From: a virus
IMG/VR virus record: IMGVR_UViG_3300020469_000009
Reading direction: 5' to 3' (one strand)
DNA: 64,000 nt
Within the stretch, counting starts at the first letter, position 1; each line of letters starts with the position of its first letter. Under the pieces are notes generated by a model. The model ran no database searches. It had not been told where the DNA came from and saw only the letters and a list, made by a program, of their open reading frames with translations. A program made the translations under genes and the position numbers. Below, one piece after another: positions 9,453 to 18,712 of this stretch.

Positions 9453-11299
9453 CTTATAAGGGAGGGCTTATAAATTGTTATAAGCTCTTCTTTACCTTTT
9501 ACTTTTATTTTATCCACTTCGATAGAGTCAATATTACTTAATAAGCTTTTAGTATATTGTGAGTATAATAATGGTATTACATTACCGTTGTCATCTTTGT
9601 AATTTCTTGTTTGTGCTTCTAGTCTAGCTGCTAAGTTAACAGCATCACCTATTACAGAATAATCTAATCTCATTTCACTACCCATATTACCAACAATACA
9701 AGTACCTGAATTTACTCCACTACCTATATTAATTTCTGGTAAACCTTTTGCTTTAAATTCTTTTTTAATCTCTTCAGTTTCTTGTGCACATTCAATAGCT
9801 GTTTTTACTGCCATTTCAGCATGATTGTCACAATCAAGTGGTGCATTCCAAAATGCCATAATACAATCACCCATATATTTGTCTATTGTACCACCATTCT
9901 TTAAAACAATTTTAGTCATTCTATCTAAGTAATCATTTATTACTTTGACTAATCCTTCCGGGTCATCATTATTTTTGTAATGTTCAGAAATAGGTGTAAA
10001 TCCTACAATGTCCATAAATAAGAAACTCATATCTTTTCTATCACCACCTAATTTTATTTTATCAGGATTTTTCTGTAGTATAGCTACTTGCCTTGGGTCT
10101 AAATACTTTTCAAATTGTTTTCTTATTTGTTGTTTTAAATTAAATTCTAATATGAACCTATTGAATATAGAATGCATTGCAACAATAGTGAATGTAATTA
10201 TAAACCAACTAATATCATATAACGTAAGTGATTGATTGAACATAAACACTACAAAGTAAACACTACCAATATAAACACCAATTGTAAATAAACCTATTAG
10301 CCAGTACGGTGCTATTCTTACAATTGCAATTAATAATGCTGCTATTAAAACACATAAAATCATTTCAATTAAAAAACTAGTATCATCTCTTTTAATATGA
10401 GTACCATCAATAATTGTTTGTAAACTTGATGCAATAATATAATGATTATATTGTTCACCTGCAGATGTAGCAACTAATGGTGACAAACCTTCTGCAGTTA
10501 AAGATACAATTACTGTTTTACCTTCTGTTAATGCAAATTCTAAATCATCATCTGCGATTGAGATACTATCAAATGTCTTATTATGATTAATCCAAATTCT
10601 AGCATTCCTATCAGTTTTTATTGTAGCAAAACCAGGAACTCTTACAGCAATGATACCATTTGCATCAGCTTTAACTTGATAAGATGGGTCACCTGTAATA
10701 GCTCTTATAGTTTCAATTGCCATTGCTGGAAATACATCATCACCAACTCTCATTAGTAAAGGTAATCTTCTAACTAATCCATCTATTTCTGGTGCTGTAT
10801 TAATAACACCAACACCATTTGCTTCTAGTTCAGGTATAGGACCTAACATTCCACCCCATGAAAATAAGAAAGGTAAAGGGTCACCGATTTTAGCTATTCC
10901 TCTAGGTACCGCATTTTTATTAGTTTGATTTGTACCAACTTGTGCTATTACTGTACCATATTGTAATGCTTCAGAAAATATTAAGTCTCCACCTTGTCTA
11001 TCATTTTCAGAAAATAACATAGGGAATAATATCATACCAGCATTTGCTTGCCTTAACTTTATTATAAGTTCAGAATATATTTCTCTATTGAAAGGATATT
11101 GCCCATATTTTTCTATAGCTTTTTCATCTATCTCTACAATAACAATATCTTTTGAATAAGTTTTTTCTTGTGAATTTATAATTGTATCAAAACCTTTCAA
11201 CCTTAATACTTCTTTTAAATATGGGTCTTGCCAACCATAAAACGTAATTGCTGCCAATGTAAGAAATGCTATTGTCCAATGTGTAAATATTTTTATCAT
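9449..11299 (-). CDS. CHASE2-domain class III adenylate/guanylate cyclase
   Basis: IVIVEIDE...YG.YP..R, DG.VRR.PL, three TM helices, FMDIVGFT, DKYMGDCIMAFWNAP, DYSVIGDAVNLAARLE. Confidence 0.93.
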   Translation of the reverse strand: MIKIFTHWTIAFLTLAAITFYGWQDPYLKEVLRLKGFDTIINSQEKTYSKDIVIVEIDEKAIEKYGQYPFNREIYSELIIKLRQANAGMILFPMLFSENDRQGGDLIFSEALQYGTVIAQVGTNQTNKNAVPRGIAKIGDPLPFLFSWGGMLGPIPELEANGVGVINTAPEIDGLVRRLPLLMRVGDDVFPAMAIETIRAITGDPSYQVKADANGIIAVRVPGFATIKTDRNARIWINHNKTFDSISIADDDLEFALTEGKTVIVSLTAEGLSPLVATSAGEQYNHYIIASSLQTIIDGTHIKRDDTSFLIEMILCVLIAALLIAIVRIAPYWLIGLFTIGVYIGSVYFVVFMFNQSLTLYDISWFIITFTIVAMHSIFNRFILEFNLKQQIRKQFEKYLDPRQVAILQKNPDKIKLGGDRKDMSFLFMDIVGFTPISEHYKNNDDPEGLVKVINDYLDRMTKIVLKNGGTIDKYMGDCIMAFWNAPLDCDNHAEMAVKTAIECAQETEEIKKEFKAKGLPEINIGSGVNSGTCIVGNMGSEMRLDYSVIGDAVNLAARLEAQTRNYKDDNGNVIPLLYSQYTKSLLSNIDSIEVDKIKVKGKEELITIYKPSLIS

Positions 11300-12615
11300 T
11301 AGTTCTGTGTCACCGTTGCTGAACAACTTGGGTTAGTACAATTCTGGTCTAAGTGATAATTCTGTGCTGTTGAACTATCTTGTGTTAATGTAAGTGATGA
11401 ACTATTACCAGTTAAATTTAAGTATGCATTGTGACTACCTGAGCCATCTTGATTTACATTAACTGTATGACTATCTCCTAAGTTGATGTCTAAAAAGTGA
11501 TTTCCTGTACCTTGTTGCAATGTTGTGACATTATTACTATTGCCAATATCTATGAAGAGTATTTTATCACCAGTTTCTTTTTGCCATAAACTTAATACGT
11601 TATTATTACCATCTATATCTATGTCTGCAAAGTGTTCACCATTATTGTTTAGATGTTCTTGTTTTAAACTTAAAGTATTAGATGTACCAACAATATCCAC
11701 AATTGCTCTTTGATTTTGATTTTGCCATATATCTATGTCATTTGAATTACCATTTACATCAATACCAAGTATATTGTTATTACCATATTGCGCAATATCT
11801 AAATCTATATTATCACCAGTAATTACACTAGCGGCTGATAAGTTAGTACCTATCACTGCATTATTATCACCATCTTGTAAAATATCTAAATCAATACCAC
11901 TGCCACTTTGTGTGACATAGATACTATTTGTAGTGCTTGTAGTATTCTTTGTATTTGTGACTGTTGTTTGTTGTGATGATGTAATGCCTGATAGAACTGA
12001 TAGAGTTAAAGCAAAATGATCACTATTCATATCTAACCAACCACTTGTAGAGTTTAAACTTAAATTAGATAAACTATAATGAATATCCATATTGGCAGAA
12101 CCTGTCCATTCATACCAGTTAATTTGTATTGGGTACCATTGTCCACCTACACCAGAAAATGAACCATTAGAGTTCCAATATCTTGGACCTTGTTGAGCCC
12201 AGTCAGATATTACTTTAGTATTATTGATGTTGACAATAAGGCCATCATCATTACGACCAGCAAAATATACTGTAGATGTTTGACCTGTGGTTCCTGGATG
12301 TTGCCAATAACCGGTAATAACTACCATTCTCTGATTACCACCATAATTATTATTATGAAGAACTATGTTTCCACTATTCCAGTTATAATTTAAACTGTCA
12401 ATAGTACCAGTTCCTTGTGATGTACCTACATAAGCTGGATTAGTATTATTACAGGTAGACAGATATGTATAGTTATTATAACAAGGTGCTTCTACATAAG
12501 GTGCATAATGACTAATAGCAAACACCTCATAGTTTAATGAACCAGCTTCTGCCTTTTCATTAATTAAAAGAACAAGAAATAAAACACTAATTACTTTGAT
12601 AAATGCGAATCTCAT
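11299..12615 (-). CDS. Secreted PA14-like domain plus curlin repeats (CsgB-like)
   Basis: Signal peptide; NDDG and WYE..G.A PA14-like motifs; repeated I.Q.G..N curlin units. Confidence 0.75.
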   Translation of the reverse strand: MRFAFIKVISVLFLVLLINEKAEAGSLNYEVFAISHYAPYVEAPCYNNYTYLSTCNNTNPAYVGTSQGTGTIDSLNYNWNSGNIVLHNNNYGGNQRMVVITGYWQHPGTTGQTSTVYFAGRNDDGLIVNINNTKVISDWAQQGPRYWNSNGSFSGVGGQWYPIQINWYEWTGSANMDIHYSLSNLSLNSTSGWLDMNSDHFALTLSVLSGITSSQQTTVTNTKNTTSTTNSIYVTQSGSGIDLDILQDGDNNAVIGTNLSAASVITGDNIDLDIAQYGNNNILGIDVNGNSNDIDIWQNQNQRAIVDIVGTSNTLSLKQEHLNNNGEHFADIDIDGNNNVLSLWQKETGDKILFIDIGNSNNVTTLQQGTGNHFLDINLGDSHTVNVNQDGSGSHNAYLNLTGNSSSLTLTQDSSTAQNYHLDQNCTNPSCSATVTQN

Positions 12616-13714
12616 TTCCTTGTCCTCCCAATTCAAAGTCATATACTTCAAAATCTTCTTGTGTAAAACTTATAATATAACCATACTCTTTATCAAGTCT
12701 TAATTCAAAATATGTTGATGCACCTTCTCTTGCATATACCCAGTCCGGGTCTTCATCTAAAATTATAATACCTGTTTCAGGGTCTTTACCTAATCTTATA
12801 CCATCAATGGAAGCTTCTTCTTGTTTTGTAAACTCACTTCTCATAGCTTTAGCAAGTTCTTTATTAATTTGTGCTAATACATCTACTAAAAAATTTTGTT
12901 CTAAAAAATCTATATCTAAACCCGTTGTCCAGGTATCATTGTCTATTTCTAATTCATCTACTTCTAAATCATTAAATTCTAAAAAGTCTATATCTAAAGC
13001 ATTTGCAACTTCATTATATTCAGCTTTTTCTTGTTGGTCTACAATTTCTTGAGGTTTCTGTATTATCAATAAATTGCCAATCATATTTTCATCTAAATCT
13101 AAAATAACTGGCTTCATTGGTTTTGCTTCACCAGTTGTGACTACAGTTGCTTGAAAAGCTTGATTCATTATTACAAAACCAGCATCTGTTTCAACTTCAA
13201 TTTCTCCTACATAACAATAACCCTTTGTATCGCATGACGGTAATAGGATTATTGTTGAACCACCAATCTCATCTACAGTCATAGTAAAATCAGTACCTCT
13301 TACACCTATGGTGGCAGTTGGTGTTTCAATGTTTACATTTTGAGCATAGTTCTTAGCAATTTGCCCTGATGCATAACGCACGGTACCTAATGTCGCTTTA
13401 ATAGAGAGAGAACCCATGTTATTAGCTGGGTCATATACAAACTCATCAATTATAAGTTTTGAATGTTCTGTGACATCTACGCGAGTGTCGTCAATAAAGG
13501 ATATAGCTGTTTTACCATTCCCTGTCTTAACGACATCATAAGAAAATACATTTAATCCTTCGATTGATATATTTTCTTCACCACTTTGTTCTATAACAGC
13601 ATTGCCTTCTTGGAGAATTACATCTCCTATAGATTGTCCATATACTTCTTTACCATAAAAAAGTAAAAACACAATACCTATTAAAAAGGCAATAACTCTT
13701 ATTAGAGCACGCAT
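12587..13714 (-). CDS. FecR-domain periplasmic protein
   Basis: D.V.TG.G...I.F.D.T, G.VRY.SG, TPTATIGVRGTDF. Confidence 0.88.
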   Translation of the reverse strand: MRALIRVIAFLIGIVFLLFYGKEVYGQSIGDVILQEGNAVIEQSGEENISIEGLNVFSYDVVKTGNGKTAISFIDDTRVDVTEHSKLIIDEFVYDPANNMGSLSIKATLGTVRYASGQIAKNYAQNVNIETPTATIGVRGTDFTMTVDEIGGSTIILLPSCDTKGYCYVGEIEVETDAGFVIMNQAFQATVVTTGEAKPMKPVILDLDENMIGNLLIIQKPQEIVDQQEKAEYNEVANALDIDFLEFNDLEVDELEIDNDTWTTGLDIDFLEQNFLVDVLAQINKELAKAMRSEFTKQEEASIDGIRLGKDPETGIIILDEDPDWVYAREGASTYFELRLDKEYGYIISFTQEDFEVYDFELGGQGNEIRIYQSN

Positions 13715-14400
13715 TAGTCTGTTTGACTTATATCGATATCGTGGCCATTACCAATAGTAGTCAAGTTTATAATGGCATCATTAATACCACTTTGAACTAT
13801 ATCTACATCAGCTGTACCGCCGGTATGAGAATGGATTAATGTATGGCCATTAATATCTCCATTTCCATCTATATCAATCAACCAGTTATTTGTATCTCCA
13901 TTTACAGATAATGTTAAGATTGCAGATGTACCATCAACAGTAGCGGCTATAACGTTTGAATCAGAACCACTGGCTCCAGTTATAGTCACTCCACCGTTTG
14001 CAGCATCAGCAGTCTGACCAATATCGATATCTAAATCGTTACTGGAACCCACCATTGTTATGCTAGATGTGACTGTTGCACATGAGGAATTGTTCCCAGT
14101 GCTATCACAGTTAAAGTCAATATTGTTGCTACCACCCGTGACATTAAATGTTCCAGTGTATGTAGCACCGTTAACATCAAATGTAAGGACGTTAGAGTTT
14201 CCTACCTGGTCAATATCAATAGTAGATGTAGCACCTACAACTGATGATGATGTGGTAGAATTACCAACAGTATTGTTTTGTCCATCTTGAGTAATATCTA
14301 AGTCAAGTGTATTACCACTTTGTGTGACGTAAATATCATTCGCCCATAATGTACCTGTAAACAAGATAGATAATAATATAAGGTTAATGAATTGTTTCAT
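13714..14400 (-). CDS. Curlin subunit (CsgA/CsgB-like)
   Basis: Signal peptide followed by I.Q.G..N repeats (DITQDGQNN, DIDQVGNSN, DIVQSG). Confidence 0.8.
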   Translation of the reverse strand: MKQFINLILLSILFTGTLWANDIYVTQSGNTLDLDITQDGQNNTVGNSTTSSSVVGATSTIDIDQVGNSNVLTFDVNGATYTGTFNVTGGSNNIDFNCDSTGNNSSCATVTSSITMVGSSNDLDIDIGQTADAANGGVTITGASGSDSNVIAATVDGTSAILTLSVNGDTNNWLIDIDGNGDINGHTLIHSHTGGTADVDIVQSGINDAIINLTTIGNGHDIDISQTD

Positions 14401-15205
14401 CGTTTTTATCCTCCTTCATTTTCCACAGACCTTGGTCTGTTCCTTGTTTGATTACTTCAATTACGCAATACTCTATTGCGGATCGTATTGCGTAATTTAC
14501 TGGCTCATTCATTGCAACACCGCTTTCTATTTCTAAAGCCTTAGTTCCCATGTCTAAGAATCTAAAAACATCAGTTCCTGAACGATGACTAGCTATAGTT
14601 TTAGTACCTGAAACGGTAAGTAAAACTTCTCCAGTCTGAACAGCAACTACTCTCATAGCGACAGTGACTTGGTCTACCCGATATTCTTCAGATATTCCAA
14701 TGCCAAAGTATCTTGCACCGTTGCCGCCTGATTCTATATTAGTATCATAAGCAACAACACCACCTTCTAATATTAAGCCTGCAAATATTAAAGGTTTAAG
14801 TGAATTCTTGTTAGCATCATTTCCATCATATGCTTCTCTTGTACTTCTTATAAGTTGTCTTTCTTTTATTACATTATCCAATCCCATTCTTTCAACAACC
14901 TTAAACCAAGTACCATCTCCTGCTTCTTTTAAAGCTTGTATTACCCACACATCCACACCTTGTGATATTGCTGTTGATAGCTGTGAAAATTTATCACTAG
15001 GTTTTCTTTGTCCTGTTTCATCTAAAAATGAATACACTGCAATAGTAATAACTTCACCATCTAATGCTGGTAAGTTTACTAATAATTCTGATGTGGGTGT
15101 AGCATGCTGCTGAGGTGGCAGGTCTTTATAATAGTCTATTTTATCAGGTGTGCTGACGCATCCTGTGATAACTATAGTCAATATTAATGCTAAGAGTGTC
15201 TTCAT
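14384..15205 (-). CDS. csgG: Curli secretion channel lipoprotein CsgG
   Basis: Lipobox ITGC; AVYSF.D.TGQRK, FKVVER.GLDN..KERQLIR, Y..D.VTV..R.V...TGEVL. Confidence 0.92.
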   Translation of the reverse strand: MKTLLALILTIVITGCVSTPDKIDYYKDLPPQQHATPTSELLVNLPALDGEVITIAVYSFLDETGQRKPSDKFSQLSTAISQGVDVWVIQALKEAGDGTWFKVVERMGLDNVIKERQLIRSTREAYDGNDANKNSLKPLIFAGLILEGGVVAYDTNIESGGNGARYFGIGISEEYRVDQVTVAMRVVAVQTGEVLLTVSGTKTIASHRSGTDVFRFLDMGTKALEIESGVAMNEPVNYAIRSAIEYCVIEVIKQGTDQGLWKMKEDKNDETIH

Positions 15206-15224
15206 ATAAGTTCATTTTTTTCTA

Positions 15225-15734
15225 TTAGAATAGAAAGTCTCCAATGGGCACGGTGATCGTTGTGACATTTCCGGTCTCATCTGTGACTGTCAAACTAATA
15301 GTTTCTGTTGTATCATCTCTTACCCAGTATATTGTGGCTCCTTCTACTAAAGCAGTACCAGAAGTTTCACATGTTATTTCAGATGTGTTGATACAATTTG
15401 TACCAAACATATTATCAACTAATTGTTTAGATAAATTAGCATAAATACGTGATTCAACATTCTTAATGAACTTATTAATTGTTGTGTTATCAATTTCTCT
15501 CTGAGCAGAAGCATCGGCTGACTTTTGGTCTTTATCAACATCTCTTTTACGTGAGTAATTAAGTTGCTCAATAGATAAGACATGGGACGAGTAGCCTTGC
15601 TTTGAAAATGCTGGATTGCCAAACTGAAAGTTAAGCTCACTAGCTGAGGAAATTGTTGAGAGGGCTGCCAACGTCACCGCAAATAACATAACAACCCAAG
15701 TTCGCAGCACACTGTTTATAAGATGTGCTTTCAT
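15225..15734 (-). CDS. csgF: Curli assembly protein CsgF-like
   Basis: Signal peptide then ASEL.F.F.NPAF; C-terminal VTDETG.VT.I.VP; adjacent to csgG. Confidence 0.8.
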   Translation of the reverse strand: MKAHLINSVLRTWVVMLFAVTLAALSTISSASELNFQFGNPAFSKQGYSSHVLSIEQLNYSRKRDVDKDQKSADASAQREIDNTTINKFIKNVESRIYANLSKQLVDNMFGTNCINTSEITCETSGTALVEGATIYWVRDDTTETISLTVTDETGNVTTITVPIGDFLF

Positions 15735-15737
15735 AGT

Positions 15738-16001
15738 CTATTTATTATTTTTCTGTTGCTTTTCTTTTTCTTGTAGTTGAATCACTGCATCTAATTTAGA
15801 ACGTAATCTAATAATATCATTGTCCAACATTCTTATTCTATCTAACAATTTAATTAAAACTACATGAGTCTGACCTAGTGATGGTTTGATTTGTTTAGTT
15901 GTATAATTGTATATCCAATATATGAAATAACCAGCAGCAATAAAACCTAAAGTGGGTACTCCATAATTGTTAATTATTTCTATGATTATTTCTGGTTTCA
16001 T
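15738..16001 (-). CDS. Small single-TM coiled-coil protein
   Basis: YGVP...GYFIYWI then LDRIRMLDND. Confidence 0.65.
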   Translation of the reverse strand: MKPEIIIEIINNYGVPTLGFIAAGYFIYWIYNYTTKQIKPSLGQTHVVLIKLLDRIRMLDNDIIRLRSKLDAVIQLQEKEKQQKNNK

Positions 16002-16282
16002 TAATCTCTTCTTGCATCTTTCTTCCCGTCCGCACGTGAGATACGTTCTTCATCAGGCTTTAAGTTTAAAGCATGAGAAATTTGTATATCTAACTTAATC
16101 ATATCATTGTTCATGGTTTCAACACGGTTATCTAATTGTGTGATAATTGAATGTAATGTTTTAGCTTGACCAACAACTGAACTGAGAATGTACTTTATAA
16201 TAATGTATATGAATATACCCATTGCAATTGCGGCGGCAATTGTGGGACCCAATTCCAATAACAGTTCTAATAAAGCCTTCAT
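16001..16282 (-). CDS. Small single-TM coiled-coil protein (resembles neighbour)
   Basis: G.FIY..I then LDNRV..MNND. Confidence 0.65.
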   Translation of the reverse strand: MKALLELLLELGPTIAAAIAMGIFIYIIIKYILSSVVGQAKTLHSIITQLDNRVETMNNDMIKLDIQISHALNLKPDEERISRADGKKDARRD

Positions 16283-16283
16283 A

Positions 16284-17627
16284 TTATCCAGTTTTTATTG
16301 GGCTACGACCGATTACTTTTTTTCTATATGTACCATCTGGCATTTGTTCTAAAACGTCATCAGGTACTTCTATCTTAGCACCATCGCTATCATATTCAAC
16401 TGGACCGCCCATTTCATCAGCCAGTTGTGCATAAAAGTCTGGAGTTTCATCTATAAACTCTTTAAGCGATTTTTGAGATACCTCTTTTTTAGTTCCTATT
16501 AAATTATAATAGTGGTCTTTCTCATAATCCCTATCAACTTCAGCATCGGGAACTATCGGTTGAATTACTTCTTCAGTTTTTTTTTCTGCTAACTCGTTAA
16601 GAGTTGGCTCTGGTTCTGGAGAGGGTGGTATTGGAGTTGGTCTTTTTGGACGCTCTCTTTTAATAATATCATTCCATGCTATTAATAACGCTACCGCTAA
16701 AGGATCGAATACAATAACTAAAATAATAATTACCCATCTAACAGCGTCTTCAAGAAGTCCTCTATCAACATCTCCATAGATAAGTTCCGCAATATATTTA
16801 ATCGGACCAACTTCTGCTTCTAACTTTCTATACTCTTTTTCATATACAAGTTGTTCAGTTTTTAGTTCATCCTGTAATAACTGTTCAGCATCTATTTTGC
16901 TTTCTAATTCTTCTATCTTTCCATCAATATTTTCTGTCTTTGTTTCTGACTGTACTCTATATGCTTTGATAGTGTCTTGTAAATCTTTTATTTCATCTTT
17001 ATATTTCTTATCAATATTTGCTAATTCTTTTTTTAGTTCAACATTTGCAGCATCTACTTGTTCTCTTTTAGCAGCACCTGAACCAAACCCTGTGACTGTT
17101 TCATTAATTGTTTTTAATTTTTGATTGTAAGCATCATTGGCAGCTTTCTTTTCTTTTTCAATTCTATCATATAACTTATCTAATTGTTGTTGTTCATTTC
17201 CTATTTGTATATCTACTCTTTCACTATTAGGTGTTAACAATCTTTTAATTTCTTCATCCCACCTATCAATTTTAGATTCTGACCTTATTACTTTTTCTTC
17301 AATAGAGTCAACTAAGGCTATTTGTTCTATTGACATGGATGATTGCTCAACATGAGCTTTTGATAAGAATCCAAATATACCAAGTGATGTAATAAACATT
17401 AATAGACCTATTGCAATTATCAAATAGGTTTTTAACATCCATTTAGTTTCAGTCCAATACTGATGCAGATAAACTACACTTACTAGTTTACCTACTTCTA
17501 ACGCAGCACCCATTACTATAATAGGTATCACTGCTGCCGCGAAGATAGTAGCCAATCCATATATTGAATAGTAGGCTGCAATCGCGGAAATTGTTAAGGC
17601 TACAGGAAGTAGCATCCATTTCATCAT
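16284..17627 (-). CDS. Multi-TM protein with long coiled coil
   Basis: Three N-terminal TMs, coiled coil, EVGPIKYIAE, IVFDPLA, Pro-rich linker. Confidence 0.7.
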   Translation of the reverse strand: MMKWMLLPVALTISAIAAYYSIYGLATIFAAAVIPIIVMGAALEVGKLVSVVYLHQYWTETKWMLKTYLIIAIGLLMFITSLGIFGFLSKAHVEQSSMSIEQIALVDSIEEKVIRSESKIDRWDEEIKRLLTPNSERVDIQIGNEQQQLDKLYDRIEKEKKAANDAYNQKLKTINETVTGFGSGAAKREQVDAANVELKKELANIDKKYKDEIKDLQDTIKAYRVQSETKTENIDGKIEELESKIDAEQLLQDELKTEQLVYEKEYRKLEAEVGPIKYIAELIYGDVDRGLLEDAVRWVIIILVIVFDPLAVALLIAWNDIIKRERPKRPTPIPPSPEPEPTLNELAEKKTEEVIQPIVPDAEVDRDYEKDHYYNLIGTKKEVSQKSLKEFIDETPDFYAQLADEMGGPVEYDSDGAKIEVPDDVLEQMPDGTYRKKVIGRSPIKTG

Positions 17628-17631
17628 AATG

Positions 17632-17639
17632 TATTTATA
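17632..17639 (-). promoter_or_regulatory. T4-type late promoter TATAAATA heading the curli/cyclase operon
   Basis: Exact TATAAATA 4 nt upstream of ATG 17627. Confidence 0.6.
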
Positions 17640-17762
17640 GCATAAATCCATTTGATATTGCACTCTTAGAGAATTTTAAAAAAAATGTTGTGATGGGTAT
17701 AATCTATTCGTATGTTAAATTTTTTATTACATATGTTTAATTACGAAAGTAAGGAGGGCCAA

Positions 17763-18026
17763 ATGGCTAATCGTAAAACTCAAGAGCAAAAAGTAATTGA
17801 TGCTCTTTCCGGAGGTGCTGAATTAACTGCCGCTCAAATGAGAGACAGGTTTAATTTAGTAAACCCAACTGCTGTAGTGACAAACCTTAGACAAAAAGGT
17901 TTTGCTATTTACGGCAACAAACCTGCTAAATCTAGCAGAAGCAGAGTGACAAGGTATCGTATGGGTACCCCTACTCGTGCAGTTGTAGCAGCAGGCTACA
18001 AAGCAATTGCTCAAGGCTTAATTTAG
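17763..18026 (+). CDS. Small winged-HTH DNA-binding protein
   Basis: AAGGAGG SD then MANRKTQ; LT...R.RF.L.NP.A.V..LR..G. Confidence 0.7.
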   Translation: MANRKTQEQKVIDALSGGAELTAAQMRDRFNLVNPTAVVTNLRQKGFAIYGNKPAKSSRSRVTRYRMGTPTRAVVAAGYKAIAQGLI

Positions 18027-18043
18027 TCTTTAGTTAGCTAACT

Positions 18044-18069
18044 AAAGGGAGCTTCGGCTCCCTTTTTTT
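18044..18069 (+). terminator. Rho-independent terminator with C(UUCG)G tetraloop
   Basis: AAAGGGAGC-TTCG-GCTCCCTTT followed by a T run. Confidence 0.9.
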
Positions 18070-18081
18070 ATAGGAGAATAT

Positions 18082-18363
18082 ATGAAAAAAAATTATTATG
18101 ATATTATAATGAATGACAGAGTAAACGCTCTAAAAGATTTACCATTCCAAGTAAAGTTTATGTCTATGCAAATACTTGCATGGATGTGGTCTGCTGTATT
18201 TGGGATTTATATTATAGAAAGCATCTATGCTTTTGGTATATCTGCATTAGCTCATGCTTTGTTTATTACTATGACTGTACTAACAGCTTTATATTTCAAA
18301 CAAATCCAGAAACAAAAAGTTGATGGTATTCTTACAAGAGGTAAAGGGGGAGAACACGAATAA
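18082..18363 (+). CDS. Small two-TM membrane protein
   Basis: N.L..LP....M.ILAWMWS..F; AGGAG SD. Confidence 0.65.
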   Translation: MKKNYYDIIMNDRVNALKDLPFQVKFMSMQILAWMWSAVFGIYIIESIYAFGISALAHALFITMTVLTALYFKQIQKQKVDGILTRGKGGEHE

Positions 18364-18614
18364 TGGGAAAACATTTAAAAACATCTATGGATGAAAAAGT
18401 TATAGATTACTTAGCAATAGAAGTCTATAAGCTTGACCCTGAAAATCCAGTCTTAAAAAAGTTTCTAAAGATGGATAATTTTGAAGGTACTGAATTAACA
18501 AAAACTATAAGAGAGTTTAAAAAGACTGGTAAACATCCAGACCATTACAATACTGATGGTACATGGAAACATGATAGTGGCCGTATTACTTATGAAGACT
18601 TTTGCAAGGATTAA
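18363..18614 (+). CDS. Hypothetical protein
   Basis: TAATG coupling with the upstream gene. Confidence 0.55.
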   Translation: MGKHLKTSMDEKVIDYLAIEVYKLDPENPVLKKFLKMDNFEGTELTKTIREFKKTGKHPDHYNTDGTWKHDSGRITYEDFCKD

Positions 18615-18712
18615 AAAAAAGTAAATAGATGGTATAACTATAATAACTTGGTGAGCTACTTTGCTCCAAACAATAAACTCACCTTAATAAACTGATATAA
18701 AGGAGAAAGAAT

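Noticed and set aside
9449-15734. Curli operon as the previously undescribed system
   Set aside because: Curli clusters have already been reported in marine myophages; kept as a finding at moderate interest only.
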